Part shown: one piece after another, positions 37,196 through 38,336 of the stretch
Layout of the letters: every line of letters starts with the position of its first letter
Position numbering within the stretch: position 1 is the first letter of the stretch
Source of the DNA: an uncultured Prevotellaceae bacterium
GTDB taxonomy: Bacteria; Bacteroidota; Bacteroidia; Bacteroidales; Bacteroidaceae
Assembly: GCA_900313335.1 (NCBI GenBank)
Contig: OMQX01000005.1
Coordinates: forward strand, 1-38,336
DNA length: 38,336 nucleotides
Reading direction: 5' to 3'
Translations under genes and position numbers: made by a program
Notes under the pieces: model-generated
What the model saw: the letters and a program-made list of their open reading frames with translations, nothing else
Told to the model about the DNA's origin: nothing
The model's database searches: none

Positions 37196-38215
37196 ATGAT
37201 CAAGATACTGCAAACCATCAGCCACTGGCTCGCAACATACACATCACCCTTCATCATAGCCATTGCCATACTCGCCTTCTTCGTCCCCGAATCCTTCGCA
37301 TGGGTTCAGCAGGGACAGCGGGCAAGCGTAATCCTCGGCCTCATCATGCTCACCATGGGATGCACCCTCGGCACCGAGGACTTCGTCATCCTCCTGCAAA
37401 GGCCCCTCGACATACTCATCGGCACCATCGCCCAATACACCATCATGCCCCTCGTGGCATGGACGCTCAGCCAGGCATTCCACCTCGACCCCTACCTCGC
37501 AATAGGCATCATCCTCGTAGGCTCATGCCCCGGCGGCGTCAGCAGCAACATAATGAGCTTCCTCTGCCACGGCGACGTAGCCTTCTCCGTCGGCATGACC
37601 ACCGTCAGCACCCTCCTGGCACCCTTCGTAACACCCCTGCTCGTACTATGGCTCGCCGGAGCAGAGATCAACGTCGACGCATGGGGCATGTTCCAGAACA
37701 TCCTCATTGTCACCATACTCCCCATCACAGCCGGCATACTGCTCAACTACACATGCTCCCGAACCGAGAAGATGAGCACATGGAACCAGCAAACCCTGCG
37801 TCCCCTGCTCCCAGGCGCCAGCGTTATATGCCTCGCCCTCATCGTAGGCGGCGTAATCTATACCGTCTCACCCCAGCTGCATGAAAACGGCCTCAACCTC
37901 ATACTCATCACCCTTGCCGTAGTAACATGCCACAACGGCCTCGGCTACCTGCTCGGCTACTGCGTAGGCAAGATCTTCCGCTTCAACACCGCCAAGAAAC
38001 GCACCATCAGCATCGAGGTCGGCATGCAGAATGCAGGAATGGCAACCGTCCTTTCCCGCAATTTCTTTGCCACACCCGCCATGATAGCAGCAAACCCCGC
38101 CGCTGCACTCGCCGTCTTCCCATGCGCCATCAGCTGCGCCTACCACAGCATCTCAGGCACACTCATGGCAGGAGCCTTCCTCCTATCCGACAAAAAGAAA
38201 AAAGAAACAATCTAA
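37196..38215 (+). CDS. Bile acid:sodium symporter (BASS/SBF) family transporter
   Basis: 339-aa polytopic membrane protein with GSCPGGVSSNIMSFL..GDVAFSV and IEVGMQNAGMATVL, which are typical SBF-family motifs. Confidence 0.88.
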   Translation: MIKILQTISHWLATYTSPFIIAIAILAFFVPESFAWVQQGQRASVILGLIMLTMGCTLGTEDFVILLQRPLDILIGTIAQYTIMPLVAWTLSQAFHLDPYLAIGIILVGSCPGGVSSNIMSFLCHGDVAFSVGMTTVSTLLAPFVTPLLVLWLAGAEINVDAWGMFQNILIVTILPITAGILLNYTCSRTEKMSTWNQQTLRPLLPGASVICLALIVGGVIYTVSPQLHENGLNLILITLAVVTCHNGLGYLLGYCVGKIFRFNTAKKRTISIEVGMQNAGMATVLSRNFFATPAMIAANPAAALAVFPCAISCAYHSISGTLMAGAFLLSDKKKKETI

Positions 38216-38228
38216 AAACACTACAGAT

Positions 38229-38336
38229 ATGATCAAACAAATCCTTTCCACAGTCCTGCTGCTCACATTGGCACTCAGTGCAAATGCCCAGCAAACCTTC
38301 CAGATCCAAGGCACACAGTCAAAAGACGTTACAACA
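38229..38336 (+). CDS. 5' end of a secreted protein (signal peptide only); runs off the right edge of the window
   Basis: The ATG at 38229 gives MIKQILSTVLLLTLALSANA|QQTFQIQGTQSKDVTT. The frame is open to the window end. It is absent from the ORF track because it is edge-truncated. Confidence 0.5.
   Translation, partial: MIKQILSTVLLLTLALSANAQQTFQIQGTQSKDVTT

Overview
This 38.3-kb window looks like a Bacteroidota chromosome segment, order Bacteroidales and probably Prevotellaceae-like. Three things support that: TAnnTTTG -7 promoter boxes sit in front of almost every transcription unit, one protein carries a T9SS C-terminal sorting tail, and the dcw cluster has the Bacteroidales gene order without murF or ddl.

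The window has three parts.

1. Accessory region, 1..11.6 kb. A tightly packed minus-strand operon runs in this order: a 1008-aa lipoprotein with two PCMD-like domains and three tandem Ig-like repeats; a small outer-membrane beta-barrel whose start overlaps the lipoprotein stop; a 969-aa PCMD/calycin-like protein with a T9SS C-terminal domain; a 1219-aa paralogue that ends in a type I dockerin instead; and an edge-truncated 7-TM protein with an AraC-type HTH. The last gene is absent from the supplied ORF track.

2. Core region, 11.7..27.8 kb. A cyclophilin PPIase is followed by a complete dcw cluster: mraZ-rsmH-ftsL-ftsI-murE-mraY-murD-ftsW-murG-murC-ftsQ-ftsA-ftsZ. The ftsI reading frame is broken between the transpeptidase domain and the C-terminal PASTA domain.

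3. Housekeeping genes, 27.8..38.3 kb: recO, tRNA-Glu(UUC)-rpsT, gyrB, a DUF2851 protein, pnp, greA, a HIT hydrolase, a mannose-1-phosphate guanylyltransferase-like gene, a bile acid:Na+ symporter family transporter, and the start of a secreted protein.

I saw no CRISPR array, transposase, integrase, prophage gene or recognisable defence gene. The surface-protein operon is the only candidate for an undescribed system. All family calls come from reading motifs by eye. No HMM or BLAST search was run.
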